DNA of 64,000 bases from a virus (taxonomy: Duplodnaviria > Caudoviricetes): IMG/VR virus record IMGVR_UViG_3300028591_000083, positions 32,001 through 96,000 of that record. One strand, 5' to 3'. Both the position numbers and the translations under genes were made by a program. This document shows positions 19,275 to 29,414 of the stretch, piece after piece (the stretch's first letter is position 1; every line of letters begins with the position of its first letter). A model generated the notes under the pieces. The model saw nothing but the letters and a program-made list of their open reading frames with translations. It did no database searches and was not told the origin of the DNA.

Positions 19275-21401
19275 TTATCTTTCTAAATCAGAAGGAGTAT
19301 CTTCTTCTACTTCAGGTTCTTTTGTTTTTAGTTCTTCTGTCTCAGTTTTTGTCAGTTCTAGTTCCTTATTTTCTTCAGGCTCTGCGTCCTCTGTCGGCTG
19401 CATTTGCATCGTCAGTGCGCGGTTGTCGCCGGTTTCAAGCGCGACTATTCTGTCATATATCTCCTGCCAGCTAGGACGATAAGGCTGATAAGCCTGCGAT
19501 ATTTTCCATGCTTGTTGGGTGCAAATCATTATATCAGTTAGTTTTTCACCTGCGCCATTGAAATAAAACGCACAGTATTTCGCATCATCAGCGATATTAA
19601 ACGTTTTTATCTGACGTGTGCCCTGCTCCACTACATTAAAAATAACATTTCTAATATTGTTACCTGAGTGCGGGAGTGCGCGGTAAAAGCTCAATGAAAA
19701 CTCCTGCTGAACGTCGCATATCATTGATATAACATACGTGCCTGCGGGTATGTTTACCGAAAAATCATCGGTAAACGACGCGGGAACGGTTGACGTTTCT
19801 GCGCTTTTTGGACACAAATTTTTCGCACCGCCATCAACCTGCTCTACAAGCGCCGCTCTATCCTCATCTGTCAGCACAGTTAACTCGCGGTTTGTTTTGG
19901 CGTAGGGTTGGAAGGTTTGGTCGGTGATGGAGGCGGGGCGGATCATTGGTTTGAAGACCATGTTATTAAATGTTACATTGCCACTAATGATAATTCGATA
20001 AGCAGCATAATGGGGCTCTGATAATTCAAAATTTACCCCATTTCCGACATCAACCGCTCCTGTAATTTGTGATAGAACTGCGCGGTATGTTGCGGTAGAT
20101 CCTCCAGCAGGGCAGCCAGTTAGCGCATATGATCCAGCGGGTAATATTGTTGTAGCTTCTGCGGATCCATCATAAAATTCAAATATTGCTGCGCTGTCTC
20201 CGCTGCTATGGGTTCCGTTAAGATTCATTGTTCCGGCATTCAGATCCCATGTGCAGGTCACACCATATCGTGTGATGGAACCACCTGCATGGGTCATCGG
20301 TAACATATTCTTCGCCCCAGCATTCGCAACTACTCCAATCTCTGTTTCCTGCCGCTGTTGATCTGTATATATTCCAGCACTTGTTACAGGATTTGTACTA
20401 CTTTGAGTAGGAGTTGAATCAAAAGTTAAAGTATCTTGTTTTCCGGCAAGAGCTGTATTTACTACTTTATTTTGAACTGGATTTGTTGAAGAAGAAGACA
20501 TTGCTGCATCAACAATAGTTTTATTTGCTCCTGATTGAATTCCATCTAGTTTTGTTTTATCAGAAGAAGTAAGTCCAGATTGAATTGTCGCCCATTGCGC
20601 AGAAGTAAAACTAGAATTATTTAAAGCATATTCAAAAGACCATGTATGAGTAGACCCATTATATTTATATCTATTATATAATGTATTTCCTGAACTGTCT
20701 GTACTTGTTACAAAAGCGTAATCATTATTTGTTATAATTCCTGAATATGCTTCTAGTTCCTCGACACTATCAAAAGTTCCAATAAAATATGCAGTATTTG
20801 TGGCAACAGAACTATTTACATATTCATATATTCCATCTGATGTTACAGCTTTTGTACTACTAGATGTAGGAGTTGAGTCCATTGTTTCTGCGGTTGCTGA
20901 AATTTTACCATCTGTTTCTGAAATTGCAGAAATATATTTTCCGGCTCCACCAACAGATTCAACATCAAGAGTTCCTAAAGCAGCAGCAACAGCTTTTCCA
21001 TCTACAGGAGAAGTACCAGAAGAATCATATGTACTACTAACATCATCTTGAGTTAAAGCAGTAACAGAATTACTTCCAATAGTCACTGTATTATTTTCTA
21101 CTTTTGCATCGGTAATTCCATATCCACTAATTGTTGTTGGTTTGCTTTTTAGTGAACTAAATGTTCCGTCAAAATCTGCAATTCCCATATCAGTTTTCAA
21201 AGTTGATGTAGTGACAATATCAGTTGTAACTGGATCATGTGCTCCTTGTGTTGTTTTTGTGAATTTTTTATTTGTTGTGTCGTAAGATACATTTGTTAGT
21301 GATCCTGCTTTATTTGTTTTCTTATCAAGTTCTGTTTTTACTTTTGTTGATAATTCAGATAAGGCATCAGCCCCTACAAATTTCTTTTCATCAAAATCCA
21401 T
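19275..21401 (-). CDS. Tail fibre / receptor-binding protein
   Basis: Ser/Thr-rich shaft with DSTPT.SST.PV repeats; two GAKNL..(F/Y)QPY beta-sandwich-type modules. Confidence 0.7.
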   Translation of the reverse strand: MDFDEKKFVGADALSELSTKVKTELDKKTNKAGSLTNVSYDTTNKKFTKTTQGAHDPVTTDIVTTSTLKTDMGIADFDGTFSSLKSKPTTISGYGITDAKVENNTVTIGSNSVTALTQDDVSSTYDSSGTSPVDGKAVAAALGTLDVESVGGAGKYISAISETDGKISATAETMDSTPTSSSTKAVTSDGIYEYVNSSVATNTAYFIGTFDSVEELEAYSGIITNNDYAFVTSTDSSGNTLYNRYKYNGSTHTWSFEYALNNSSFTSAQWATIQSGLTSSDKTKLDGIQSGANKTIVDAAMSSSSTNPVQNKVVNTALAGKQDTLTFDSTPTQSSTNPVTSAGIYTDQQRQETEIGVVANAGAKNMLPMTHAGGSITRYGVTCTWDLNAGTMNLNGTHSSGDSAAIFEFYDGSAEATTILPAGSYALTGCPAGGSTATYRAVLSQITGAVDVGNGVNFELSEPHYAAYRIIISGNVTFNNMVFKPMIRPASITDQTFQPYAKTNRELTVLTDEDRAALVEQVDGGAKNLCPKSAETSTVPASFTDDFSVNIPAGTYVISMICDVQQEFSLSFYRALPHSGNNIRNVIFNVVEQGTRQIKTFNIADDAKYCAFYFNGAGEKLTDIMICTQQAWKISQAYQPYRPSWQEIYDRIVALETGDNRALTMQMQPTEDAEPEENKELELTKTETEELKTKEPEVEEDTPSDLER

Positions 21402-21418
21402 ATTATACACCTACCTTT

Positions 21419-22198
21419 TTAAGTTGCAGCATTCCAAATATCGTCAACTTCCTGTGCTGTCATTAGTTTAATACTATCATCAAGATCATCAATAGTTCCT
21501 GTAATAACCTTGTTTTGTACTGGATTAGTAGAAGATTCACTCATTGAGGCATCAACTGTAATATTTACAAGTGATGCTAATTTTTGTTTTTCGGCGGTTG
21601 TGAAGTTTTCCTGTGATAATCCTTTACCATTTTCTTTAGTAACTTTAGTGTTCATCATACTATCAATTTGTGCTTTTGTGTACGTGTCTCCACCGCCGCC
21701 ACCTCCGCCACCGGAGCCGCCGCCAGAAGAAATATTATCATTATCAAATTCAATCTTAATATCAAATGTATCTGTTGGTGTAGTCCATAGATCAGCATTA
21801 TCATTTGTCATAATACCTCTACTATCTGTTGTGATTGAAAATACAATTCCATTTTCTTGTGTTTCATTATGTGCAGAAATTGCATAATTATCAAACAGTG
21901 GAGTAAGACTGAAATTAAAGTCACCCGGAATATTATATAACGATTTTGCATATGGTTCTGTTGGATGAACTTTTACCCATTCATTTACTGTTTCAAGATT
22001 AATTCCAAAAGAAGTAAATACCTGAGTTCCCATATAAATTTTTACATTGATAGAAGGTAATTCAGAAATCATTTGTTCTGTCCATTCTCCGCCAAGAGTA
22101 ACACAAAGAGTTCCGCAATTATAAGGCGCAGAAGTAGTAACAGTAACAGGATATTCTGTTGATCTATCAATTCCATCAATAAGAGTTGTTTTAGACAT
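21419..22198 (-). CDS. Tail-associated protein, paralog 1 (shared N-domain + poly-Gly + fibre repeat)
   Basis: KVTKENGKGLSQENFTTAEKQKL phage fibre motif. Confidence 0.7.
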   Translation of the reverse strand: MSKTTLIDGIDRSTEYPVTVTTSAPYNCGTLCVTLGGEWTEQMISELPSINVKIYMGTQVFTSFGINLETVNEWVKVHPTEPYAKSLYNIPGDFNFSLTPLFDNYAISAHNETQENGIVFSITTDSRGIMTNDNADLWTTPTDTFDIKIEFDNDNISSGGGSGGGGGGGGDTYTKAQIDSMMNTKVTKENGKGLSQENFTTAEKQKLASLVNITVDASMSESSTNPVQNKVITGTIDDLDDSIKLMTAQEVDDIWNAAT

Positions 22199-22241
22199 AT
22201 TTATTAGTCACTCCTTTTTATATTTTTACATATATTTATCA

Positions 22242-24092
22242 TTAACCTGTCCATACTATTTGAGTTGATGTTGGAGCACTTGTTGATGCTCCCCACGGAC
22301 TTCCTGTTATACTTCCTTCTGTTTTGTTTATTGTTATTGTTGCTAGTGATTGACAACCGCTAAACACACTACTTCCAATACTTGTTACAGAGCTTGGAAT
22401 TGAAATTGAAGAAAGTGAAGAACAACTTTGAAACGTATAGGTTCCAATATTCGTAACAGAACTTGGAATTATGAGTGAAGAAAGTGAAGAACAGAATTGG
22501 AATGTCTCTTTGTTAATACTCGTAATAGTGTTTGGAATTGTAATTGAAGAAAGTGAAGAACAATTACGGAACACACCATTTCCAATAAGTGTTACAGTTC
22601 TTGGAATTACGACTGAAGAAAGTGAAAAACAACTTTGAAACGTATAGGTTGCAATATATGTAGCAGAACTTGGAATCGTGATTGAAGAAAGTGATATACA
22701 ATTACTAAACGCACTATCTCCAATACTCGTAATAGTGTTTGGAATTGTAATTGAAGAAAGTGAAGAACAATAATAGAACACCCTGTTAGCAATAGTTGTT
22801 ACAGAATTTCCGATCTCAATTTTTTTTATACTGTTTAAGTAGCCAATATCTGGAGAACTGTATGAGTTATTATTATTTGTTAGGAGTGAAGATATTGATG
22901 AAGAAGATGATTGTAATACAAATCCACCAGTAATAACAGTAATAGCAATAACATAACTTCCAGTATTTGAATATATATGTTGTTCATTTTTATAGTCCAC
23001 ACTTGTAGATGTGAATGTACTATGAGCGCTCCCATCTCCCCAATCTATATCTAATTCAGAATTAGCATTTAGATATAATTTAAGCCATGGAGACAGTCTT
23101 CCTTCTGTTAGTTCAATATAAATTCTTGTTTTACCGTCAGAAGTAATATACATTTGTCCAATATCCAACTTACCATAACTTGATACATATGTTTTAGCAT
23201 CTGATAATGACCAGTTCCATCCTTGTCCTGTTAATCCTTCATGTGTTGGATTTTCAGGTAAATTATCTAATGCTGCAAACTCTTGTGCTGTATACGATCT
23301 TACAATAGTTCCATCATAATCATAGAAGTTTACATCTTTTCTTGTAGCAGAACCACCTCCGCCACTAGGAACATTAACAGTAACAGAATTATACAAAGTA
23401 GTATCAACAGTTCCGTTTTCAGTAACTTCTGATGGCATTGCAGTTTGTGCTACAAGTGCTCCACTATCTACAACTTTACCTTCATCTTCGGCAGTATAGG
23501 TATTAGGAACATTTACATCAACTTTACTATATCCATCAGCAGAATCATCAGAAGCATTATATTCTCCATTAGCAGTAATAGTTTTTTCAATAAGAGTTGC
23601 CGATCCGCCACCGCCACCGGGAACAATACTTGTATCATCAAAAATAAGTTCAATATCAAAAGTATTAGTGATAGTTGTCCAAATATCAGGTTCATCATTT
23701 GTAACAATACCATTCACTGTTTTAATACTAGATACAACACCATTTTCTTGTGTATTATTATGCGCGGTAAGAGCTTCATTGTCAAATATAGGAGTTATTT
23801 TTAGATAGAATGATTGTGGAATATCATATAGCTGAAATGTTGCATTTTGAGCGATTCCATCTTCTGTAAAAATAGAAGATGTATCAATATCAAGATTAAA
23901 ATCTTTGCACCATTCATTATCAAGAGTGAACATTTTAATATTGATAGTTGGTAGTTCGGCAACCATTTGTTTTGTCCATGTTCCGCCGAGAGTAAGCATA
24001 ATCGTTCCACAATTAGACGGCGCAGAAATCAAAATAGATTCAGGATATGTATTAGATCTATCAATACTAGAAATAATCGTTGTTTGTGCCAT
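22242..24092 (-). CDS. Tail-associated protein, paralog 2 (shared N-domain + PKD-like + BspA LRR)
   Basis: TITANGEY repeat, IDWGDG, ~8 FxxCSSLSSITIP repeats. Confidence 0.8.
   Translation of the reverse strand: MAQTTIISSIDRSNTYPESILISAPSNCGTIMLTLGGTWTKQMVAELPTINIKMFTLDNEWCKDFNLDIDTSSIFTEDGIAQNATFQLYDIPQSFYLKITPIFDNEALTAHNNTQENGVVSSIKTVNGIVTNDEPDIWTTITNTFDIELIFDDTSIVPGGGGGSATLIEKTITANGEYNASDDSADGYSKVDVNVPNTYTAEDEGKVVDSGALVAQTAMPSEVTENGTVDTTLYNSVTVNVPSGGGGSATRKDVNFYDYDGTIVRSYTAQEFAALDNLPENPTHEGLTGQGWNWSLSDAKTYVSSYGKLDIGQMYITSDGKTRIYIELTEGRLSPWLKLYLNANSELDIDWGDGSAHSTFTSTSVDYKNEQHIYSNTGSYVIAITVITGGFVLQSSSSSISSLLTNNNNSYSSPDIGYLNSIKKIEIGNSVTTIANRVFYYCSSLSSITIPNTITSIGDSAFSNCISLSSITIPSSATYIATYTFQSCFSLSSVVIPRTVTLIGNGVFRNCSSLSSITIPNTITSINKETFQFCSSLSSLIIPSSVTNIGTYTFQSCSSLSSISIPSSVTSIGSSVFSGCQSLATITINKTEGSITGSPWGASTSAPTSTQIVWTG
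22360..22790. repeat. 69-bp-period coding tandem repeat (BspA LRR)
   Basis: Recurring gaagaaagtgaagaaca-like units. Confidence 0.8.
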
Positions 24093-24113
24093 ATGAAGTA
24101 TTCTCCTTTCTTT

Positions 24114-24536
24114 TTAATTTACAGTGATCTTAATTTGAAATGTTTGTGTTTCTTCTGTCCAATATTCTCCGGATTCTATATTATCATCTATCAATCTATT
24201 ATGTCTATTCAAAGCGTCTAAATCAAATATAGGAGTAACCGCCAAACAGCAAGTTTCCGGAATATCTGATAATGCAGTCGCAGAATGAATAGAATCATCT
24301 AAAGATAGAGTAGGAGTATATGTATCAAAGAAAAATGTTTGAGTTCTTTCTTTTACAATTTCTCCATCAATATCTACATAGATATCAAATCTTAGTGCCG
24401 GAAGTTCATAAAACATTTGAGCTGTCCAATTTTCAGTAGTTATACTTATATAGCAATTTCTTCCTGTGTGTGGAAGCTCTATGATTTTTGGATATGTTTC
24501 ACCACGACATATTTCGCCAAGAACAAAAACACTCAC
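24114..24536 (-). CDS. Tail-associated protein, paralog 3 (shared domain only)
   Basis: GTG 24536 after GGAGG; WT.QM..ELP..DIP..TPIFD..AL..HN..WT..TF.I shared with paralogs. Confidence 0.7.
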   Translation of the reverse strand: MSVFVLGEICRGETYPKIIELPHTGRNCYISITTENWTAQMFYELPALRFDIYVDIDGEIVKERTQTFFFDTYTPTLSLDDSIHSATALSDIPETCCLAVTPIFDLDALNRHNRLIDDNIESGEYWTEETQTFQIKITVN

Positions 24537-24585
24537 ATTTATTTCCTCCAAACTGAATATATTACATAAATAGAGTTATAAAAAA

Positions 24586-24619
24586 CAAAGATAGTATGCC
24601 GAAAAACATACTATCTTTT
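24586..24619. terminator. Intrinsic terminator-like hairpin
   Basis: aaagatagtatg / catactatcttt. Confidence 0.65.
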
Positions 24620-24654
24620 ATACTTGAATTTGAAATTGTTAAAATAGGTACTTG

Positions 24655-24948
24655 TCAGGTCTTATATTTTACCAACTGTAATTCTACGTTCATCATAAAC
24701 TCCCTGTATTTAATGATATCATTGAATGTTTCTCGCGGGATACGGACAATACCAAAAGCATCTTCAACATCAATAGTAACTTTCTTACCGGATTTCCTAA
24801 GATAAATATCAATATGTCTTGTTTCTTTTTCAATTCTAATACAGAAACAATCCGGAGTATCAATATGTACTTTATATTTTAATGATCTAAAGTTTGTGAG
24901 TATATAGTTTTTACATTCTTCAAAGGATATTTTTTTGCCGAAAAACAT
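24655..24948 (-). CDS. Hypothetical protein
   Basis: ORF in operon, SD. Confidence 0.65.
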   Translation of the reverse strand: MFFGKKISFEECKNYILTNFRSLKYKVHIDTPDCFCIRIEKETRHIDIYLRKSGKKVTIDVEDAFGIVRIPRETFNDIIKYREFMMNVELQLVKYKT

Positions 24949-24966
24949 GATCTATCATCTCCATTT

Positions 24967-26250
24967 TTAGCGAACAACAGAAACCATTTGTGAGCTATTC
25001 AAGAAATCAGAAATTTCATCCTCAGAGAATCCCCATTCAGATGCTTCTTTATAAAACTCATCAACACAATCGCCCCCGTAAGCCTTGAAGCAATTTTTGA
25101 AAATCTGCTTCAAAGGCAAAGGGAGTGCATTCATATAAAATAGTTTAGCATATAAGTCTTTGAAAACTCCGGTGCTATTAAATGGATACAGAGTAAACAT
25201 AGTTCCTGTTTTTAGTCTTGTTTCATTTTCATAGAATCCGGAATCTTCATAATCGTGGTAACTCATGTTATTTGGAACAAAAATCATTCCAACAAGATTT
25301 CCATGATCGAATTGATAATCTGAATAAACCTCGGCATCAGTGTATCCATCATTAAACTTTCCTTCTTCTCTCATTCTGGCGATATCATCATCTAAATAAC
25401 GGGCAACACCATATAGATATTTTGTATTAGTGTCAAACATATCAATGCTCATATCTTTATGAGTTTGCGCCAAAGCATCTGCGATACACCAGACATCGTA
25501 TTTCTTATCGTACAAAATTCTATATGGTTTTGGTTTATTTACAATCCAGTTAGCTATATCTTGCGCTCTATCTGTGCAATATGTTGATGGAGCAATTTCT
25601 TCTAGTGTTTCATTTATAAACAACTTCTTTCTGGTAAATGCCTCTTTCTTATCCTTACGACCTCTTATGTATTCTAATTCCTGAGTTTCAAGATATTGTA
25701 TATATTTATAGTAATCCTTAATCTTACATCTCATTTCATCTGCGGCATCAAGAAATGTTCTATCATAATACAATACAGTGTCTTTTGGTTTCTTTTTAGG
25801 ATCTTCGTTCCATTTCTTCTTTAGATTTTTTGTTGGATTGTGATCTGAAAATCTGAATTTAACGTGTTCATATTTATCTTTATTCTGATTATAGTATTGC
25901 TGTAGTTCCCTTTGTTTCGGTTTTGGAAAATTCACATATATGTATTCAGATAAACCAAGATCTTGCGATTTATCCGGCATTATTGAATCAACATAGTTTG
26001 TTTTTTCCAAACTATCAATAAAATCAGATACAAAGCTATGAACATCATCTTTTACATCTTTAATTGGATATTCTTTTACATATTGCTTTGCCTTAGACAT
26101 ATCAAATTCTTTATCTGGGTAAGCATCTTTCCAATAATCTTTCGCATACTTTATCCTATCTCTTTTAGATATAAGTTCTAATAAACACTCAACAAACTGT
26201 CTTCCGCTATATTTTAGTAGTGGGGTTTCATTAAGTAATTTCAATTTCAT
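24967..26250 (-). CDS. Tagged (MKLKLLNE) two-module protein
   Basis: Start ATG 26250; FRFSDH motif; internal KKEAFTRKKLFINE junction. Confidence 0.8.
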   Translation of the reverse strand: MKLKLLNETPLLKYSGRQFVECLLELISKRDRIKYAKDYWKDAYPDKEFDMSKAKQYVKEYPIKDVKDDVHSFVSDFIDSLEKTNYVDSIMPDKSQDLGLSEYIYVNFPKPKQRELQQYYNQNKDKYEHVKFRFSDHNPTKNLKKKWNEDPKKKPKDTVLYYDRTFLDAADEMRCKIKDYYKYIQYLETQELEYIRGRKDKKEAFTRKKLFINETLEEIAPSTYCTDRAQDIANWIVNKPKPYRILYDKKYDVWCIADALAQTHKDMSIDMFDTNTKYLYGVARYLDDDIARMREEGKFNDGYTDAEVYSDYQFDHGNLVGMIFVPNNMSYHDYEDSGFYENETRLKTGTMFTLYPFNSTGVFKDLYAKLFYMNALPLPLKQIFKNCFKAYGGDCVDEFYKEASEWGFSEDEISDFLNSSQMVSVVR

Positions 26251-26306
26251 ATGTAAAAACACGTTCCTTATATAAAGTATTGTTATAAAATTTTAATAAA
26301 ATTTGA

Positions 26307-27542
26307 TTAAATTGTGCAAAATGTTGAAATAAATCCTGATCTCATTTGCACAAATTGTAACTTTTTTAGTGATATTTGTTTTTCAAACGTCTTATCAAAT
26401 AAATCCTTTATTTGAAAACATCCCCTTACTCTTAATGAATTTATGTAATATAATTTATTTTCAAATTTTACTAAATCATACCGTCTAAATCCAAAAACTT
26501 CGTAACTACATTTATTTCTTTTCTTTGTATTTCCTTTTAGAATTTTGTCTTTGAATATTTTTCTATTATGTCTGCGAATTTTCTTAAAATAATAAACAGT
26601 TCCGCAAGATTTTGCTCTAGGATTTCCTGAAATACATCTTGCATCAATATAATGATCCTTGTGTAGATTGTTTGTTATTCTACAATTTTTTGTAATGTAT
26701 CCAAATGTCATTGTTACATTTTCATAAATTTCTTTTAACTTTTCATAAAATGTCCAACGCATTATTCCCATAAATGCCGCATCCTTAAATGACATACCTC
26801 TTTTTATGTCTAATTTTATTTTTCCGCTATGATAATTTTTATGACAAGTTTCACAAAGAGTTATCAAATTACTAGGTGCATTTCCTCCTGTTTTTCGGCT
26901 TTCAATGTGATGAACATTTAAAATATTGTCTTTTGACTTTCCTTTACAGTGTTGGCACATATGGTTGTCTCGAAAAAGAACGTATTCACGAACATTCCAA
27001 AAATTAAGTTGATCTCCTTGTTGATATTCAACACCGGAAATTGCAGGATTTTTTATTTTTTGAATATCGAAACTAGCTGTCTCTGCTATAATTATTGAAA
27101 TAGGTAGAATTTTATGAATCATTTTAACAACTTCAAGATGTGTTTCAATCTTCTGTCTTATTGATGGTGCTAACCATCCCTTTTTCTTAGATTTAATTCT
27201 ATTTTTGAATCTTGGTTTCCTGTATCGTGTTTTCCTGTTTCTTCTTGATCGTCTCGCTTCTCTTCTTGTCGATAAATTTTCAACAATATCATTTCTTAAT
27301 TCAACATTTGCTTCAAACAACACATCTTCATTTGTTGTTGCAGAAATACCAATATGTTTACTTCCTGCATCAACTCCTAATGAGATATCTTGTTTATATC
27401 CTGTACTACCGTAAAGTAGTTGAATTGTGAATGGTACCTTCTTTACAACTTTAGCTTTTTTGTTCTTCAAAAGTTTACGTGCTTTTTGCGGTGAACATGG
27501 CATAAGAGGTTTTCCATATTTATTTAAAACATAGACTAACAT
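26307..27542 (-). CDS. iscB: IscB RNA-guided HNH/RuvC endonuclease
   Basis: PLMP, GVDAGSK, RREARRSRRNRK bridge helix, CQHC..HHI..GGN..NLITLCETCH, H..DA. Confidence 0.95.
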   Translation of the reverse strand: MLVYVLNKYGKPLMPCSPQKARKLLKNKKAKVVKKVPFTIQLLYGSTGYKQDISLGVDAGSKHIGISATTNEDVLFEANVELRNDIVENLSTRREARRSRRNRKTRYRKPRFKNRIKSKKKGWLAPSIRQKIETHLEVVKMIHKILPISIIIAETASFDIQKIKNPAISGVEYQQGDQLNFWNVREYVLFRDNHMCQHCKGKSKDNILNVHHIESRKTGGNAPSNLITLCETCHKNYHSGKIKLDIKRGMSFKDAAFMGIMRWTFYEKLKEIYENVTMTFGYITKNCRITNNLHKDHYIDARCISGNPRAKSCGTVYYFKKIRRHNRKIFKDKILKGNTKKRNKCSYEVFGFRRYDLVKFENKLYYINSLRVRGCFQIKDLFDKTFEKQISLKKLQFVQMRSGFISTFCTI

Positions 27543-27830
27543 TAAGTCTATCTCCTCTCAGAGTAATTTCTCCCACGACAATGTTGCAAATGGTTTTGTT
27601 GTTAGCAGCACTATCCCTGCAATTCAGAATTGTTTAACCACTAACCTTAGAGCGTAAGGCTGGAAGTACACCAAACGGTAACTATTTAACAAAAATAATT
27701 TTGTCATTCAAATGCAACGTAGTTTATGTTAAACATAAACTTAGTCTGATTATCAACTGCAAGAATTGCAGAACACAATATTTAATAAAATGTTTTAATT
27801 GTAATTATTATTTATTGTGTTATTGCTGAT
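27543..27830 (-). ncRNA. IscB omega-RNA (HEARO-like) scaffold
   Basis: Directly upstream of iscB; gttgat..agactaag..aactacgtt..ctctaagg..ttaaaca..aaacc..aacattgtcg motifs. Confidence 0.8.
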
Positions 27831-27842
27831 AATCACCTTATT

Positions 27843-28223
27843 TCAATCATAGCAACCTGTTTCAATTTCATCGGCAACACTTACATTAAATCTTTTAAGC
27901 ATATCAATATCGTGTTGTGTGTCATCTTCAATGGTATATGTTCCAATCTCTGTATCAATATAGGAGTTTTTGACATACTTGTCATTGTCTTTAATTAAAC
28001 GATGTTTAGAGATATACCTTATCTTGTCGAAATCAATATCTGGAAATAACTCAGATCCGAGATTTATATAGAAATATTTACTATCAGCAATTACCATATA
28101 TCTCATTCCGAAATCAAAATCTACTTCATTACACAGACAAATGTCATAAACACCATCACGATTCATAAGAGAACTAATTGTTTCAAGTTCTTTTTTAAGA
28201 GAGTTCATAATGTGTTCAATCAT
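27843..28223 (-). CDS. Hypothetical protein (paralog of upstream gene)
   Basis: GGAGG SD; ends EIETGCYD. Confidence 0.75.
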   Translation of the reverse strand: MIEHIMNSLKKELETISSLMNRDGVYDICLCNEVDFDFGMRYMVIADSKYFYINLGSELFPDIDFDKIRYISKHRLIKDNDKYVKNSYIDTEIGTYTIEDDTQHDIDMLKRFNVSVADEIETGCYD

Positions 28224-28237
28224 TTCTTTTCCTCCGT

Positions 28238-28528
28238 TTAGTCATAGCAACCTGTTTCAATTTCTTTATCTGCACAGATATTGAACTTCTCAAATAGTTC
28301 TGTTATGAATTACAACATTCCAACATGAATGCCTCTGTCCATAATCATAGTATTGGCGGTAAGAGTGAAGTACATTTTATTCTTCAAAATAACTCCATAC
28401 ATAACTCCATCAATATCGCATTTATCAACGAAATATCTATTTTCTTCAATCTCACGCTTTACAGCTTTAAGTTCTTCTTTCAGCGAAAGCATAACTTTTT
28501 CTAACATTTTGTGTTCCTCCATTTTCAC
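28238..28528 (-). pseudogene. Interrupted tandem paralog of 27843..28223
   Basis: In-frame TAA 28310-28312 followed by FITELFEKFNICADKEIETGCYD. Confidence 0.65.
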
Positions 28529-28533
28529 AAAAA

Positions 28534-29073
28534 TCAGATATTAGAAACAGCAACATGAATTTCTCTAATTGCACTCTGAGCAAGATCAGTAATATATTCA
28601 GTAAGAGCATCTACATCAATATACTTATTGAATCTAGTTGTATCCCAGTCCTTATAGTTCCCGTGATTGTCAAGAACAGAAACGTCATCAAGAACTGTCT
28701 CAACAGTCTCGCCATCAACATTGATTTTGAAACTTAGATCAGCGGAATAATATTTGAAATCAGGTCTAAGACTATCATAATCAGCTTTAATGAATCTATC
28801 AAGATCAATATACTCACTGTCAGTATCAAATGTAATAGTATACTTCAAAGAGGCACCCCATGCAGTTCCAGTTGCGAAATATTCAAATGTATCTCTATCA
28901 ATATCACAGTAATCACCATGAGTTGCAAGTTCAGAATCATTAAGAACTTCATTAGCAACTCTACAAAGTTCATCTACCGTAGATTCATCAATAGCATCTC
29001 CATTTGAATCATAACCGAAACCGTAATCTTCATCACTTTCAAAATCTTCATCTTCAAGAATAAATAGTTTCAT
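28534..29073 (-). CDS. Tagged (MKLFILE) acidic protein
   Basis: GAAAGG SD; tag. Confidence 0.8.
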   Translation of the reverse strand: MKLFILEDEDFESDEDYGFGYDSNGDAIDESTVDELCRVANEVLNDSELATHGDYCDIDRDTFEYFATGTAWGASLKYTITFDTDSEYIDLDRFIKADYDSLRPDFKYYSADLSFKINVDGETVETVLDDVSVLDNHGNYKDWDTTRFNKYIDVDALTEYITDLAQSAIREIHVAVSNI

Positions 29074-29177
29074 ATAAATCAACCTTTCTTTTATATACAA
29101 ATTATAGTTATCTAACGGACAATGCCGTTATTCTTATTGTTGTATTTTCTTAAATAAAATGTTTATTTACTGTTGAT

Positions 29178-29402
29178 TTATTTACATTTCTTATTTCGTT
29201 GTTTTCTTTTGATCTTAATTGGCGGAATGTTTACTGATTTATTAGTTGTCAAGAACTTCATCAAATTCATATATTCTTCATAAGTTCCGTCAAAGTTTTC
29301 AAGTCCTTCTGCTCTCAGCAAATAAGAAGCTGCAATGTTATTTGTTCTTGAAGCAAATTCAAGAATTCCTGCAATCGTTGTCTTTTTTGAAATTGTACGC
29401 AT
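29178..29402 (-). CDS. Hypothetical protein
   Basis: GAGG SD. Confidence 0.65.
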   Translation of the reverse strand: MRTISKKTTIAGILEFASRTNNIAASYLLRAEGLENFDGTYEEYMNLMKFLTTNKSVNIPPIKIKRKQRNKKCK

Positions 29403-29414
29403 TTATATATCCTC

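Larger units (their letters stand above)
26251..27830 (-). mobile_element. Non-autonomous IS200/IS605-type IscB (OMEGA) element
   Basis: omega-RNA + iscB, no adjacent tnpA; ends inferred. Confidence 0.7.
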
